In this document: piece after piece, positions 28,401 through 36,835 of the stretch | Layout: every line of letters begins with the position of its first letter | Position numbering within the stretch: the stretch's first letter is position 1 | Virus record (IMG/VR): IMGVR_UViG_3300020392_000005 | DNA from: a virus | Length of the DNA stretch: 64,000 bases | Direction: 5' to 3' (one strand) | Position numbers and translations under genes: made by a program | The notes under the pieces: model-generated | What the model was told of the DNA's origin: nothing | Seen by the model: only the letters and a program-made list of their open reading frames with translations | Databases searched by the model: none

Positions 28401-29204
28401 ACTATCTCTCCAGTTAAATCCTTCGTTTAGTTTATCCCAACTTGCAGTTGTTGTTGGAACAACTCCTGTTGCGTCTTGTTTTGCAACATATGTGTGACCA
28501 CCATATCTAACAACATCTCCAGTTTTGTATGCAGTAGAACCGGCATATGTTCCTACCATTTTGAAACCAGTAGTTAATACTTCCCAGTATGTTGCGTTGT
28601 TGTAAGGTGTTTGTCCTGTTGATTGTTGAACAGCGACATAGTTATAACCTCCGTAGGTTACAACATCACCTGCTTGATAAGCAGTAGCACTATTATAACT
28701 ATCTTCAAATTCTAATCCAGAAACGAATACATTAAATTTAGCAGTATCTATTGTAGAAGCGGCAGTATGTTCTACGGTACAGATATAAACATTTGCACCA
28801 TATTTTGCTAAATCGTTAACTTTGTATGCTGTTCCTGAAGAATAAGTTCCTGTCCAGTTAAATCCTGGAACGAAACTAGTCCATTTTGAAGTGTCGTCAT
28901 ATAAATCTGATTGTGAAGTGTGGGCAGTATTACAAACAAAAGTTGAACCTCCCCATTGTACAACATCATCTACTTTGTAGTATGTTGTTGTTTGCCAAGC
29001 GCCTTTCCATTCTTGTCCGGCACTCATCTTTTTCCATTTTGTTGTTGAAAGGTCAGCTTCAAAAGTTGCTGAACCTGTATGGTTTGCCATTGCGACAAAC
29101 GAATTACCACCATATCTTACGACATCATCTTTGATATAAGCGGTACCTGTAACCCAATCCCCTTTAAAGTGAAATTTAAGTCTACCTAAAATAAAATCTG
29201 CCAT
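25482..29204 (-). CDS. Virion structural/tail protein with tandem W...TAY..GDVV.YGG repeats and a beta-helix-like region
   Basis: About seven CBM5/12-like repeats, then YFVAKHG.D...G.SLDKPW.TI and LYVKTGEYEE (pectin-lyase-like start), then GxGYSSAPTVTI repeats. Confidence 0.75.
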   Translation of the reverse strand: MADFILGRLKFHFKGDWVTGTAYIKDDVVRYGGNSFVAMANHTGSATFEADLSTTKWKKMSAGQEWKGAWQTTTYYKVDDVVQWGGSTFVCNTAHTSQSDLYDDTSKWTSFVPGFNWTGTYSSGTAYKVNDLAKYGANVYICTVEHTAASTIDTAKFNVFVSGLEFEDSYNSATAYQAGDVVTYGGYNYVAVQQSTGQTPYNNATYWEVLTTGFKMVGTYAGSTAYKTGDVVRYGGHTYVAKQDATGVVPTTTASWDKLNEGFNWRDSWADATEYAPGDAIGYGSSSYRCKLAHTSSAVQGDAKRPDYDTGGVYWDLIAEGDSNFVTTTRGDLLTRNATQNIRLGIGTSGSVLQSDGTDVSWGIAGVTQNTYFVAKHGADNDPASDTGRGTSLDKPWLTIAYALNWMNTNVAANLQKTLYVKTGEYEEALPIVVGANTQVIGDGLRSAVVKPASGNSLATGLTNTPNARADMFRVRNGVTFSGFTFSGMQGTMGSADTYGVQRPNTADGATRSGVVFALDPGTGVGDTSVHITSKSPFIQNCSHFGSGSVGIKIDGSLHNAGNRSILANDFTQISDGGVGVWALANAKSELVSVFTYYAHHGYLCDSGAVIRSLNSNNSYGEYGSTANGIDANETPYTGTVDLQNNEARVGRVLVSGSGIARLEFEYAGEAYTNASISIAGSGASGAASASFANGAVKYIEVTNNGSTHFTTSGFAQSGTSSTIKLAASDSQPDDFYNGMRITIYTGQGYGNTGIIADYVASTKTATVQKENGTAGFDVFVNSGLSPATSFDTSSGYEIEPRVAITGGGSPSRNALARAVVENQQVSKILILDGGAGYSSAPTVTITDPNASSVATATSAIGNGVISQTTVTTAGSGYKTETTTATITGDGYAEISAAGTAFVRLTGLSKSPTGGDIVEFAGISGQAYYVVSVSGYSSGAGLVRVNPVFTTSNAPTHGETATLRSNYSNIRLTGHDFLDVGTGGFSTTNYPNTPSQLPDPNDEVLETDRGRVFYSSTDQDGNFRVGNLFKVEQATGKATLNAEAFDLSGLQEISLGSNAQGNFGATINEFSTDGTLADNSDTALVTERAIKTYVDSQLGGGQNDLSVNSLTAGSITATAQTISTTGVSGTDVNLNIGTQNNGIITLTAQTQMSSSISPTAAQDLATKKYVDDQGTPTLQTLSIDDDDLALKRRIITNANELIQKESAFFDGTDAAEGFEVISGTMQINLDKAGDLVIETT

Positions 29205-29226
29205 TTTTATTCTCTCTCTTGTTTAA

Positions 29227-29724
29227 TTACAAATATCTACTGACATTTGATTGTGTGTAATAATTTCCACCAGTAGGAATCCAGTTGGTTCCAGTAGTGC
29301 TTGTTGCCGTCTCACTAGCCGCATAAGTATAATCGTGTTGATATCTAGCGACTAACATTCCTTCATCATTAATAAAGTAAAAAAGTTTCAACGGGTCAAA
29401 TCTAACTTGTTGATACTTTCTAAATTTTGCATTTGTTTGAAAGTGTGCATCCGTTGTTTCGTCAAAATCACTTTGTAGTGTATTCTGAACGGTAGTACCA
29501 TCACTTGCTTTTCCTATTGCAAGTCCTTCAAATCCATTGTACCCAAAACCTTCTCCATTGTTAACTTCAATAGTATCTGTACTATCAAGTTTAGTCTTCG
29601 TGTAAATTAGAAGACCATTTACATCACGGTTAAGGGCGTGCATAGCGTATTCATTTGAAATCTGAAATCCAGCAGCGTCTACTCCGACGGCGGTTGAAGC
29701 TCCTGTTGCTAATGCTAATGCCAT
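29227..29724 (-). CDS. Hypothetical virion-associated protein
   Basis: 165-aa ORF behind tandem late promoters. Confidence 0.55.
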   Translation of the reverse strand: MALALATGASTAVGVDAAGFQISNEYAMHALNRDVNGLLIYTKTKLDSTDTIEVNNGEGFGYNGFEGLAIGKASDGTTVQNTLQSDFDETTDAHFQTNAKFRKYQQVRFDPLKLFYFINDEGMLVARYQHDYTYAASETATSTTGTNWIPTGGNYYTQSNVSRYL

Positions 29725-29746
29725 TTAATTCTTCCTCTTTTTCTTA

Positions 29747-29763
29747 TATTTATACTATTTATA
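29747..29763 (-). promoter_or_regulatory. Two tandem T4-type late promoters (TATAAATA at 29747-29754 and 29756-29763)
   Basis: Two exact copies one base apart, upstream of the giant tail-protein genes. Confidence 0.7.
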
Positions 29764-29768
29764 ATCTA

Positions 29769-30098
29769 TTAAGTATTCTCTAGTACTGAAATAAAAGTAT
29801 CAGTTCCTGTGATATTACTTACTACTCTTATTATATCATTGGCCTCTAAATTTACAGGTTTATCTAAAATAAATGTGTTATTTTGAGGTATGATACAATT
29901 CTTTATTATATGTCTAAAAGTTGTACCACCATCTATGGTCACTTTTACATCTACATTTGCTTGTGTACTTTGTGAAGTATTAGAGATATAAACAGCGTGT
30001 AGCACAGCAGTTCCGTTAGAAGGCGCTGTATATACATTTGCTGTTGCGTCATCAGCCGTAGGGTTCGCTTGTCCTGCATTTTTAAAAGCACTTGCCAT
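29769..30098 (-). CDS. Small tail-associated structural protein
   Basis: MASAFKNAG...VYTAP...L.KP.NLEANDIIRV...SVLE pattern seen in marine phage tail regions. Confidence 0.55.
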   Translation of the reverse strand: MASAFKNAGQANPTADDATANVYTAPSNGTAVLHAVYISNTSQSTQANVDVKVTIDGGTTFRHIIKNCIIPQNNTFILDKPVNLEANDIIRVVSNITGTDTFISVLENT

Positions 30099-30101
30099 TT
30101 A

Positions 30102-30482
30102 TTATCCTCCAAAGACAACAGCAAAGGCAAGAATATCTCCTGTCAATGCAAGTGTCCCACTTGAATTAGGTAGTTTAACCGTTCTATCAGCAGTCGGGTC
30201 TTCTACCGTTAATGTTGTTTCGTATGCGTCAGGTGTAATACCTTCAAAAGTGATATTAGCATTATTCAATACTATATCTGTCGTTGAAGTGTTACCTGCT
30301 TGTAATACTGATTGAATATTAACAGCAGACGCACCACCAATTTCTTTAACCGTATTCGCATTTGCCTTGGTATAAAACTTACCATCAGCAATGTTCATTG
30401 CGATTTCACCGATTTCTAAATCACTTAATTGTGGTACAGAACCGGTTGTAAAACTTCGTTTTGGTTTTATGACCGTGGACAT
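30102..30482 (-). CDS. Short tail-fibre-like protein
   Basis: IKPKRS...P...L..GEIA.N.ADGK N-terminus; FEG.T.D.YETTL.V.DPTADRT module shared with 43607..44905. Confidence 0.6.
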   Translation of the reverse strand: MSTVIKPKRSFTTGSVPQLSDLEIGEIAMNIADGKFYTKANANTVKEIGGASAVNIQSVLQAGNTSTTDIVLNNANITFEGITPDAYETTLTVEDPTADRTVKLPNSSGTLALTGDILAFAVVFGG

Positions 30483-32224
30483 TAGAACGACCCACCATCA
30501 ATTGTAGTTACCGCAACGGCACCAGAAGTAACCGTGAAGTTTGCAGTATCAAAAGACGCAACTCCTTTATTTGTTGTTGAAGCATCCTCACCAGCAATAG
30601 TGATTGTTGAACCACTAGCAGAAGTATCAATTCCTTCGCCACCTGCAACGGTCAAAGAACCTTCAAGTGCGAAACTTGGTGTTCCTGTATCGTTGTCTGA
30701 AGCTAATGTAATATTCGGATTGTTAAGTTTTGCAGCTGTAATACTTCCTGCTAACATAGCATTTGTAATACCACCTGCTTTAACTTGTAATGCGTCTGAT
30801 ACAACAGCGATTGAAGAGTTATCTACATTTACATCTAAAGTATTTCCTGCTTTGACAAGAGCTGCACCTGCAACTACTTGACCAGCACCAGAGAATTGTG
30901 ATACAGGTAATTCTGTATTATTAGATAATGTATTGTCTGTTAATGTTGGTGTTCCGTTATGTGTAAATACATAACCGTTATCACTATTAGCAGTTCCTTC
31001 TTCAACGAAAGTAAATGTACCGCCAGTAATTTCACTACCTGCGTCAGCGTCAGAAGCTCTAGTTAATCTCCAGTTTGAAGAGTTAGAACCTATATCTGAT
31101 ACAACATATAATCCGTTTTGTCTTGCTTCAGTTTGGTCTTTTACTAACACTCTATCGTTTACTGATAAGGTTACGCCGTCTATAACAAGAGCAGCTTGTG
31201 TACCTGCGTTGTCTAATCTTCCGTTAGATTGGTCATAAGTAACCGTTAAAGCAGAAGCTGTGGCAACTCTACAACTATCTTTAACATCTAATCCTGAAGA
31301 AGCACTATCAACATATTCTTTTGTTGCTAAACTATCAGCAGCAAAACCACTTCTGTCTTTATATCCACTAGGTACGGTAACCGTTCCTGTTCCGTGTGGT
31401 GTTAGTGTAATGTTCTTATTACTTGATGTTGTTGAAATATCTTGTCCGTTTAAAGTCAAGTCATCAACTACAGCACTTGTTAATCCTGATAGGTCAGTAA
31501 TAGAGTTTCCTAAAGAAACTGCTGTACCACCTATTGTAATACTATCGTTTGCTAACTTAGCGCTGGTTACACTAGAGTTTGCAAGTTGAGTTGTTCCGAT
31601 ACCACCATCTTGTACTTTAATTGTAATTGTATTTGCAGTAGCAGTTGTATCAATTGTACCATCACCTGTTAACAATAAAGTGTTTGCAGTTGAATAGTCA
31701 ATTGTAGAACCAGCACTATCTTCTAAAGTAAGTGTAGTATCAACAGCGTCAAATCCTAAAGTCGCTTCTCCAGCATTTGCAGATATAACTTTAAGGAATT
31801 GTCCTTGAGAACCTGCACCATCAGGCAATACTATTGTTGATGAGTTTGCTAATGAAGTAGGCGCTTTTAATACAATGTTATTTGAACCATTGTTTAACGC
31901 CTCGTTGAAAGTAATTTGACCTGCGTTAGTGTTTGAGTTACCAAACACCATTGTGTCAATTCTGTTATTTGAATCCGTTGTGATTAATTTTTCTGAAGTA
32001 ACCGTACCGTTTGAAGTAGGAAATAATTCTGTGAAATACTTACCACCTACAACATCAATACTATTTGCGTTACCAGAACCGTCTGTACCACCAGTACCAA
32101 TATAAAGTCTATCACCACCGTTGGCAGCTGTACCAGTACCATACGCATACGCCATTTCACCAAGTTTTAATGTTGAAGGTGCTGTAGCGTTAGCACTTCG
32201 TTTAATTCGTATTATAGTTGCCAT
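30482..32224 (-). CDS. Tail fibre protein
   Basis: IRIKRS...L.LGEMAY...DRLYIG N-terminus; ATKEYVD..GLDVKDSCRVAT; DRVLVKDQT...NGLY; ends IDGGSF. Confidence 0.8.
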   Translation of the reverse strand: MATIIRIKRSANATAPSTLKLGEMAYAYGTGTAANGGDRLYIGTGGTDGSGNANSIDVVGGKYFTELFPTSNGTVTSEKLITTDSNNRIDTMVFGNSNTNAGQITFNEALNNGSNNIVLKAPTSLANSSTIVLPDGAGSQGQFLKVISANAGEATLGFDAVDTTLTLEDSAGSTIDYSTANTLLLTGDGTIDTTATANTITIKVQDGGIGTTQLANSSVTSAKLANDSITIGGTAVSLGNSITDLSGLTSAVVDDLTLNGQDISTTSSNKNITLTPHGTGTVTVPSGYKDRSGFAADSLATKEYVDSASSGLDVKDSCRVATASALTVTYDQSNGRLDNAGTQAALVIDGVTLSVNDRVLVKDQTEARQNGLYVVSDIGSNSSNWRLTRASDADAGSEITGGTFTFVEEGTANSDNGYVFTHNGTPTLTDNTLSNNTELPVSQFSGAGQVVAGAALVKAGNTLDVNVDNSSIAVVSDALQVKAGGITNAMLAGSITAAKLNNPNITLASDNDTGTPSFALEGSLTVAGGEGIDTSASGSTITIAGEDASTTNKGVASFDTANFTVTSGAVAVTTIDGGSF

Positions 32225-32234
32225 TTTTTATTCC

Positions 32235-32492
32235 TTAAAAGTTTCCGCCGTTTAATGTGATTGAACCAGTAGTTGTTGTTATTTCGTCTCTAACAACAAA
32301 CTTATCACTTGAACTAGAGTATTGTATCATTGAACCATCTTTTAATGAACTAGCGTCAACATCTTGTAATAGTCTCAACTTTAATGTTGAGTTAGTAACC
32401 GCTGTCTGACTTTGAGCACCAGCAGGCATTGTGACCGACACTTGTTGCGGTCTTGTAATCGTACTATCTATTCTTGCTTTTATCTGAGCCAC
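32235..32492 (-). CDS. Small tail-associated protein
   Basis: GTG start after RBS; L..L.DVD...DG..IQY; ends LNGGNF. Confidence 0.6.
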   Translation of the reverse strand: MAQIKARIDSTITRPQQVSVTMPAGAQSQTAVTNSTLKLRLLQDVDASSLKDGSMIQYSSSSDKFVVRDEITTTTGSITLNGGNF

Positions 32493-32517
32493 TTTACAAT
32501 CTCCCTCTAATTGTTAA

Positions 32518-32525
32518 TATTTATA
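32518..32525 (-). promoter_or_regulatory. T4-type late promoter TATAAATA
   Basis: Exact motif in the intergenic gap. Confidence 0.7.
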
Positions 32526-32558
32526 ACCAAAGGGTACTCAAACTTAATAGTATTTAGT

Positions 32559-32900
32559 TTATGTGGTTACATTAGGGCGAACGGTTATTATTCCTTCTAT
32601 AACTCGGGTAACCGTATTTGAGGTGCTGTTCGTAACCTCTACATCATAGACATATCTACTAGGTGCGTCTAGGGCAGAAGTTTGAGCAGCCGTTAAAGAT
32701 AGTGTGATAATCCCTGTTGTAGGGTTCGCTACTGCTGTTGTCATAGTGATACGAGTTTTAGTACTCTCATATCCTTTTGCCATCTTAGCCTCAACCGTAT
32801 GACCTGTGAGGTCAAAGGCTGCGCCATCATTACCTGCAAGGGTGACATTTGAACTAAATGTGGTGCCTTGGTCTATCCTTAAATTTGCTATTGCCGCCAT
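32559..32900 (-). CDS. Baseplate/tail adaptor-like structural protein
   Basis: NL.IDQGTTF...DLTG...G.ITLSLTA.QT..L...RYVYDVE...RV.EG.I.V.P.VT pattern of marine T4-like virion proteins. Confidence 0.7.
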   Translation of the reverse strand: MAAIANLRIDQGTTFSSNVTLAGNDGAAFDLTGHTVEAKMAKGYESTKTRITMTTAVANPTTGIITLSLTAAQTSALDAPSRYVYDVEVTNSTSNTVTRVIEGIITVRPNVTT

Positions 32901-32906
32901 TGTTTA

Positions 32907-33134
32907 CTATTCTTTTGGTGTATCTTTGGTATCTTCTTTAGGAGCGTTTGGGTCTATTCCCAAGAACTCACAGATTTTCGCATTGTAATATCTGATAAGC
33001 ACTTGAACTTTTTCCATTTCAATCTCCAATCTCGCCTGATTTTGAACAAGTTCCTGTCTTGCGATAACATAGTTTTTAGTCTTGTCATCAAACTTATTCT
33101 CATCATACTCTTTACCATTAATCTTAATTGCCAT
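32907..33134 (-). CDS. Small coiled-coil hypothetical protein
   Basis: IKINGKEYD start followed by a heptad-like helix. Confidence 0.55.
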   Translation of the reverse strand: MAIKINGKEYDENKFDDKTKNYVIARQELVQNQARLEIEMEKVQVLIRYYNAKICEFLGIDPNAPKEDTKDTPKE

Positions 33135-33573
33135 AATTTTCTCCTGTTATAGTATTATTTATATTAATTCCAGTATCGTACTTTATTTCTTTTTCATAAT
33201 ATCCACGAATATCTGGTATCATACCACTATTCTCATCTTTAGGGTATGCTGATATTATCTTGTTATATATGTGTGGTGTTTTATCATACACCTCAAAGTA
33301 ATCGTCATTGCCATATAATAACATTGGGTCATTTAACAACTCATAAAAGTTGTCACCATAATCTCTCTCAATCCACTTCGCATAGCATATCGCTACACAA
33401 TAACTCTTTGCTGGGTATACGAACCTGTCAACTTTTTCGTTCCAATGTCGTATTGCCCAATCTACAATATCGTCTTCTTTCCATATCAAAGATATCTCTT
33501 TGTCTGCTAGAGTATCTTTATGAGTAGTGTTTAGTCTATGGTAGACTTCTTGTTTGAGTTTCCATTCCTTCAT
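33124..33573 (-). CDS. Hypothetical protein, distal end of the radical SAM cluster
   Basis: 149-aa ORF overlapping both neighbours; YPAKSY.VA..YA...NDP.LL.GND.YF. Confidence 0.55.
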   Translation of the reverse strand: MKEWKLKQEVYHRLNTTHKDTLADKEISLIWKEDDIVDWAIRHWNEKVDRFVYPAKSYCVAICYAKWIERDYGDNFYELLNDPMLLYGNDDYFEVYDKTPHIYNKIISAYPKDENSGMIPDIRGYYEKEIKYDTGININNTITGENYGN

Positions 33574-34330
33574 AACTTATATACTCCACATTTTTGCAAT
33601 CGTCCCAAGCGTTGATTTTTAAATTTAAATAATTCTCTCTATTGACTTTGTAAAACTTAATCCAGTTATACCACTTAAATAGTCTTCGCCACTCATATAT
33701 CCACTTATTGATATTATAGTCTGAAATATGAGTATCACTTTTATAGAATTTTTGACCTCTATAAATGTTGTTAAATTGTTTGTCAATACTAAAGAAGTCG
33801 TGTCCTATGAGATAGACTTCTTTTAATTCTGATACTTCTTTACACGCAACATAACCACTTGTCGTTCCTGTACCCCACTCAACTTGTTCGTGTTCTCTAT
33901 AAATGTCTGTCAAGTTTTTTACTTTGTCTTCTGTACACCAACTTAATGATACTTCTGTTTGATTAGTTTCTTTGTCTTTATATCCGTGTACAACAAATTC
34001 TTTAGAACCTTGTCTTTGATTTTCTATTAATAGTCCGTCTCGTCTTATAGTTTTTATATCTCTATGTTCAGGAAACATACCTTGTATCATCATATCAAAA
34101 TTCTGTACAGGTATCGTAACCCAATCTCTAAAATAACAATTTGCAGTATAACAATAACCACTTCTGTATATTTCGTGCATAATAGGATGGTCAGTTGCAA
34201 CTAATATGTCAGGTGCAAAATCTTTATAGAGATTATTACAACCTATTATAACGCCTCTACCTTTGAGAGACTTTAGATTGAAACCTCTTCTACTTCTACC
34301 ATTACCTATACAAAATGCTCTATTAGACAT
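33536..34330 (-). CDS. Glycosyltransferase-like protein (Maf/DUF115 or sialyltransferase-type Rossmann motifs)
   Basis: AFCIGNGRS, IIGCN, PDILVATD, TTSG and VYLIGHD motifs. Confidence 0.55.
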   Translation of the reverse strand: MSNRAFCIGNGRSRRGFNLKSLKGRGVIIGCNNLYKDFAPDILVATDHPIMHEIYRSGYCYTANCYFRDWVTIPVQNFDMMIQGMFPEHRDIKTIRRDGLLIENQRQGSKEFVVHGYKDKETNQTEVSLSWCTEDKVKNLTDIYREHEQVEWGTGTTSGYVACKEVSELKEVYLIGHDFFSIDKQFNNIYRGQKFYKSDTHISDYNINKWIYEWRRLFKWYNWIKFYKVNRENYLNLKINAWDDCKNVEYISYEGMETQTRSLP

Positions 34331-35339
34331 TAATCAATCTCTCTTTACCATATCTAAACTTGTAAGTATCTAATAGATACTTGTAACCATTACAACCATT
34401 TTCTAAATTTTCAACAAATCTATAATGTTCAGTTAAACAGAAACCTTTGTATTCACACTTATTACATATAGGCGATTTATCTATCTTTTGTTTTTCTTCT
34501 TCTGTCCACTTTATATAATCTTCAAAGTTATCTACTTTTCTAAAATACTCTTTATCATCTTTGTCAAAGTCTAATACTGCTAACTCTCCTGAAGGTGTAA
34601 TATATAAGTGGTCATCTGAATATGCGTTATAAGATTTATCTAAACTATCTAATATATTTAATTCATTAACAAAAGTAAAATCTTCTATTCTTTCGTCTGT
34701 ATCATACTTTGTCATAAAGGCAGGATATTGAGCACATAACTCTAAAATATAATCTTCAAATTGTGCGTCTGTTACCGTATAATTGTTTGCCTGATTTTTA
34801 CTATAAGGTTTTACTTCAACACTTTTAAATCTTTTATTTCTATGTTTTAGTTTTCTGAAATTTTCCCAGAAGTGAGCACTACCTACTTCTTTTAATACTT
34901 GTTCATTTGCTAATACAAGAACAGAAAAATCAACAGGCAACTTTGTCATATTCTCAAATACTTTCATATGGTCTTGTCTTGCAGTAAAATCATAACTAAC
35001 ACTTAAATAATAATCAGGATTAAAAAATATAGGATTCATTGTAGACAAGTTAGTATTAATATTAATCTTATCTTTGTAATAAAATCTAATAGTATTAGTA
35101 ATCGCTTCTAATTTATCTTTCTTAATTATACCTATCTCGCCACCATATAAGTCAATATGGTTTATATCTCTATAAGTTTGTATATGTGCAAGTATATCAT
35201 TTAACTTGAAATGGTCTATTGTCTTCGTATCACCTAATTGTTTAGGTGTAAGATAACACCAAGGACATCTAAAATTACAATGATAACTAGGATTGATAGA
35301 TAAATTAATCTTCGGCAATGTCATATTCAAGTTCCTCAA
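34323..35339 (-). CDS. Radical SAM protein with partial SPASM-type C-terminus
   Basis: CNFRCPWC (CX3CX2C), LYGGE, NTNL; C-terminal CNKCEYKGFCLTEH...C. Confidence 0.9.
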   Translation of the reverse strand: MRNLNMTLPKINLSINPSYHCNFRCPWCYLTPKQLGDTKTIDHFKLNDILAHIQTYRDINHIDLYGGEIGIIKKDKLEAITNTIRFYYKDKININTNLSTMNPIFFNPDYYLSVSYDFTARQDHMKVFENMTKLPVDFSVLVLANEQVLKEVGSAHFWENFRKLKHRNKRFKSVEVKPYSKNQANNYTVTDAQFEDYILELCAQYPAFMTKYDTDERIEDFTFVNELNILDSLDKSYNAYSDDHLYITPSGELAVLDFDKDDKEYFRKVDNFEDYIKWTEEEKQKIDKSPICNKCEYKGFCLTEHYRFVENLENGCNGYKYLLDTYKFRYGKERLINV

Positions 35340-35877
35340 TTATATTTAAAATCTTTCTTTTACTATATCTGAATAAAATTAATCTTTTAATATGTGACCA
35401 TATATTATTATCTTTAAATAAACCGAAATATAAAAAACTATACGCAGTATGATTTCTCATAAACAATCTATTCAATTCATTATATTCTGCTTCTCTCTCC
35501 ATAGGTTGTTCAACTCTAACACCTATTTGACCATTAACATTTGCCACTTGTTCTTTTACTTTAAAAAATATACCAGGTACATCTTTTAGTTTTTGTATTA
35601 CATCAAAAATTCTTTCTATTCTATTCTTGCCTGGTACAGCAATCATAACATACCAGTTTAGATAGTGTTTGTTTCCGTAATGACCTTCACAACTTGATAG
35701 AGGTAGATAACCTTTTCTAACAAGTGCTTTACAATGTTGTAATACACCAGGTTCTACTTCGTTATCATACTCTTTGTCAAACGGACTTACTGATAAGGCA
35801 TAGTAACCATTTGAGTAATCTAAATCTTGTTTTTCTGAGGCGTGTATTCTGCCATTAGGAAATAATTTATTCTTCAT
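35305..35877 (-). CDS. Hypothetical protein with an SSCEGH motif (reminiscent of the TYW3 N-terminus)
   Basis: EVEPGV...ALVRKGYLPLSSCEGH. Confidence 0.45.
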   Translation of the reverse strand: MKNKLFPNGRIHASEKQDLDYSNGYYALSVSPFDKEYDNEVEPGVLQHCKALVRKGYLPLSSCEGHYGNKHYLNWYVMIAVPGKNRIERIFDVIQKLKDVPGIFFKVKEQVANVNGQIGVRVEQPMEREAEYNELNRLFMRNHTAYSFLYFGLFKDNNIWSHIKRLILFRYSKRKILNIIEELEYDIAED

Positions 35878-36392
35878 ATATTAAAATCAAAACACCCGAC
35901 TATTCTATCTTCTTTACCAGGTACACTTTTCCAATCACTTACTTTGTGTTGCCAAGTCTCTTTGTGATTTAAGATAATCATATCACCTTTACCTGGGTGC
36001 AACATACAAGACAATTCGTTAGTCTCTTTATTTCTAACTGATATTGAACCGCCTTGTTCTCTATTACTAGAATTTGTAAAGTACATTAATATAGCAAGGT
36101 TCGCTCCTTCTTTCAAATCATTGTGCCAATTAGTTGATGGATTATCAACACCATTGACTATTTCAGGTTGACCGTATAGATTATACTTACCTGATATTAG
36201 TTTAATATATTTATCACCCAAATAATTATGGGTTATTTTAAGTGCGTTGTCTACTTCTTTCGTGTGAATACAAACTTTATATTCTCCTTGTTGTTTAAAA
36301 GGTATCTCAACACCTTCAAAAAATCTAAATGCAACAGGATCCTTAAAAGGATATACACCATTAATTAATACATTTTCTATACCTTGTATCAT
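35874..36392 (-). CDS. 2OG-Fe(II) oxygenase
   Basis: WHND (HxD), ILMYF, GGSI, PGKGDMIIL, WQHKV, RIVG. Confidence 0.85.
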   Translation of the reverse strand: MIQGIENVLINGVYPFKDPVAFRFFEGVEIPFKQQGEYKVCIHTKEVDNALKITHNYLGDKYIKLISGKYNLYGQPEIVNGVDNPSTNWHNDLKEGANLAILMYFTNSSNREQGGSISVRNKETNELSCMLHPGKGDMIILNHKETWQHKVSDWKSVPGKEDRIVGCFDFNI

Positions 36393-36835
36393 CTTCTAAC
36401 AAACCTCCACTTAATTGCAAGTCTAGTCTCATCACCATAATAAGGATTTGCTCTATGCCTTAAATGTGATGGCATTATAAACAATGCGTTCTTCTCAAAT
36501 CTATGTTTCTTCTTACCTTCTATCTGTAATTCTCCACCTTTTGTACTATCACCTTTTAAATATAGTATTGCAGTAATCTCATTATTCTTATCGCTATCTG
36601 TATGATAACCTATTATATTCTTATTCTCGTCTTTAGTGTTTGTAGAGATAATATATCTGACAATCAAAGGACCTAAATCAGGATAATTTAAACGACATAT
36701 TGTATCTGTCCATTCAAAATTATCATCTAACTTCGTGTGTATATTCTTTTCATATAACGGCAGGTCTAACTTATTAATTGCGTTTAATAAAGTATTACCT
36801 TCTGTCATAGTTAAGACATTACGCTTGATTAACAT
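36389..36835 (-). CDS. 2OG-Fe(II) oxygenase (prolyl-hydroxylase-like)
   Basis: YHTD, ITAILYL, GGELQI, PSHLRHRA, RLAI. Confidence 0.85.
   Translation of the reverse strand: MLIKRNVLTMTEGNTLLNAINKLDLPLYEKNIHTKLDDNFEWTDTICRLNYPDLGPLIVRYIISTNTKDENKNIIGYHTDSDKNNEITAILYLKGDSTKGGELQIEGKKKHRFEKNALFIMPSHLRHRANPYYGDETRLAIKWRFVRR

Noticed and set aside
30102-32224. Diversity-generating retroelement target (Mtd-like N-termini)
   Set aside because: No reverse transcriptase or template/variable repeat pair was seen in the window.
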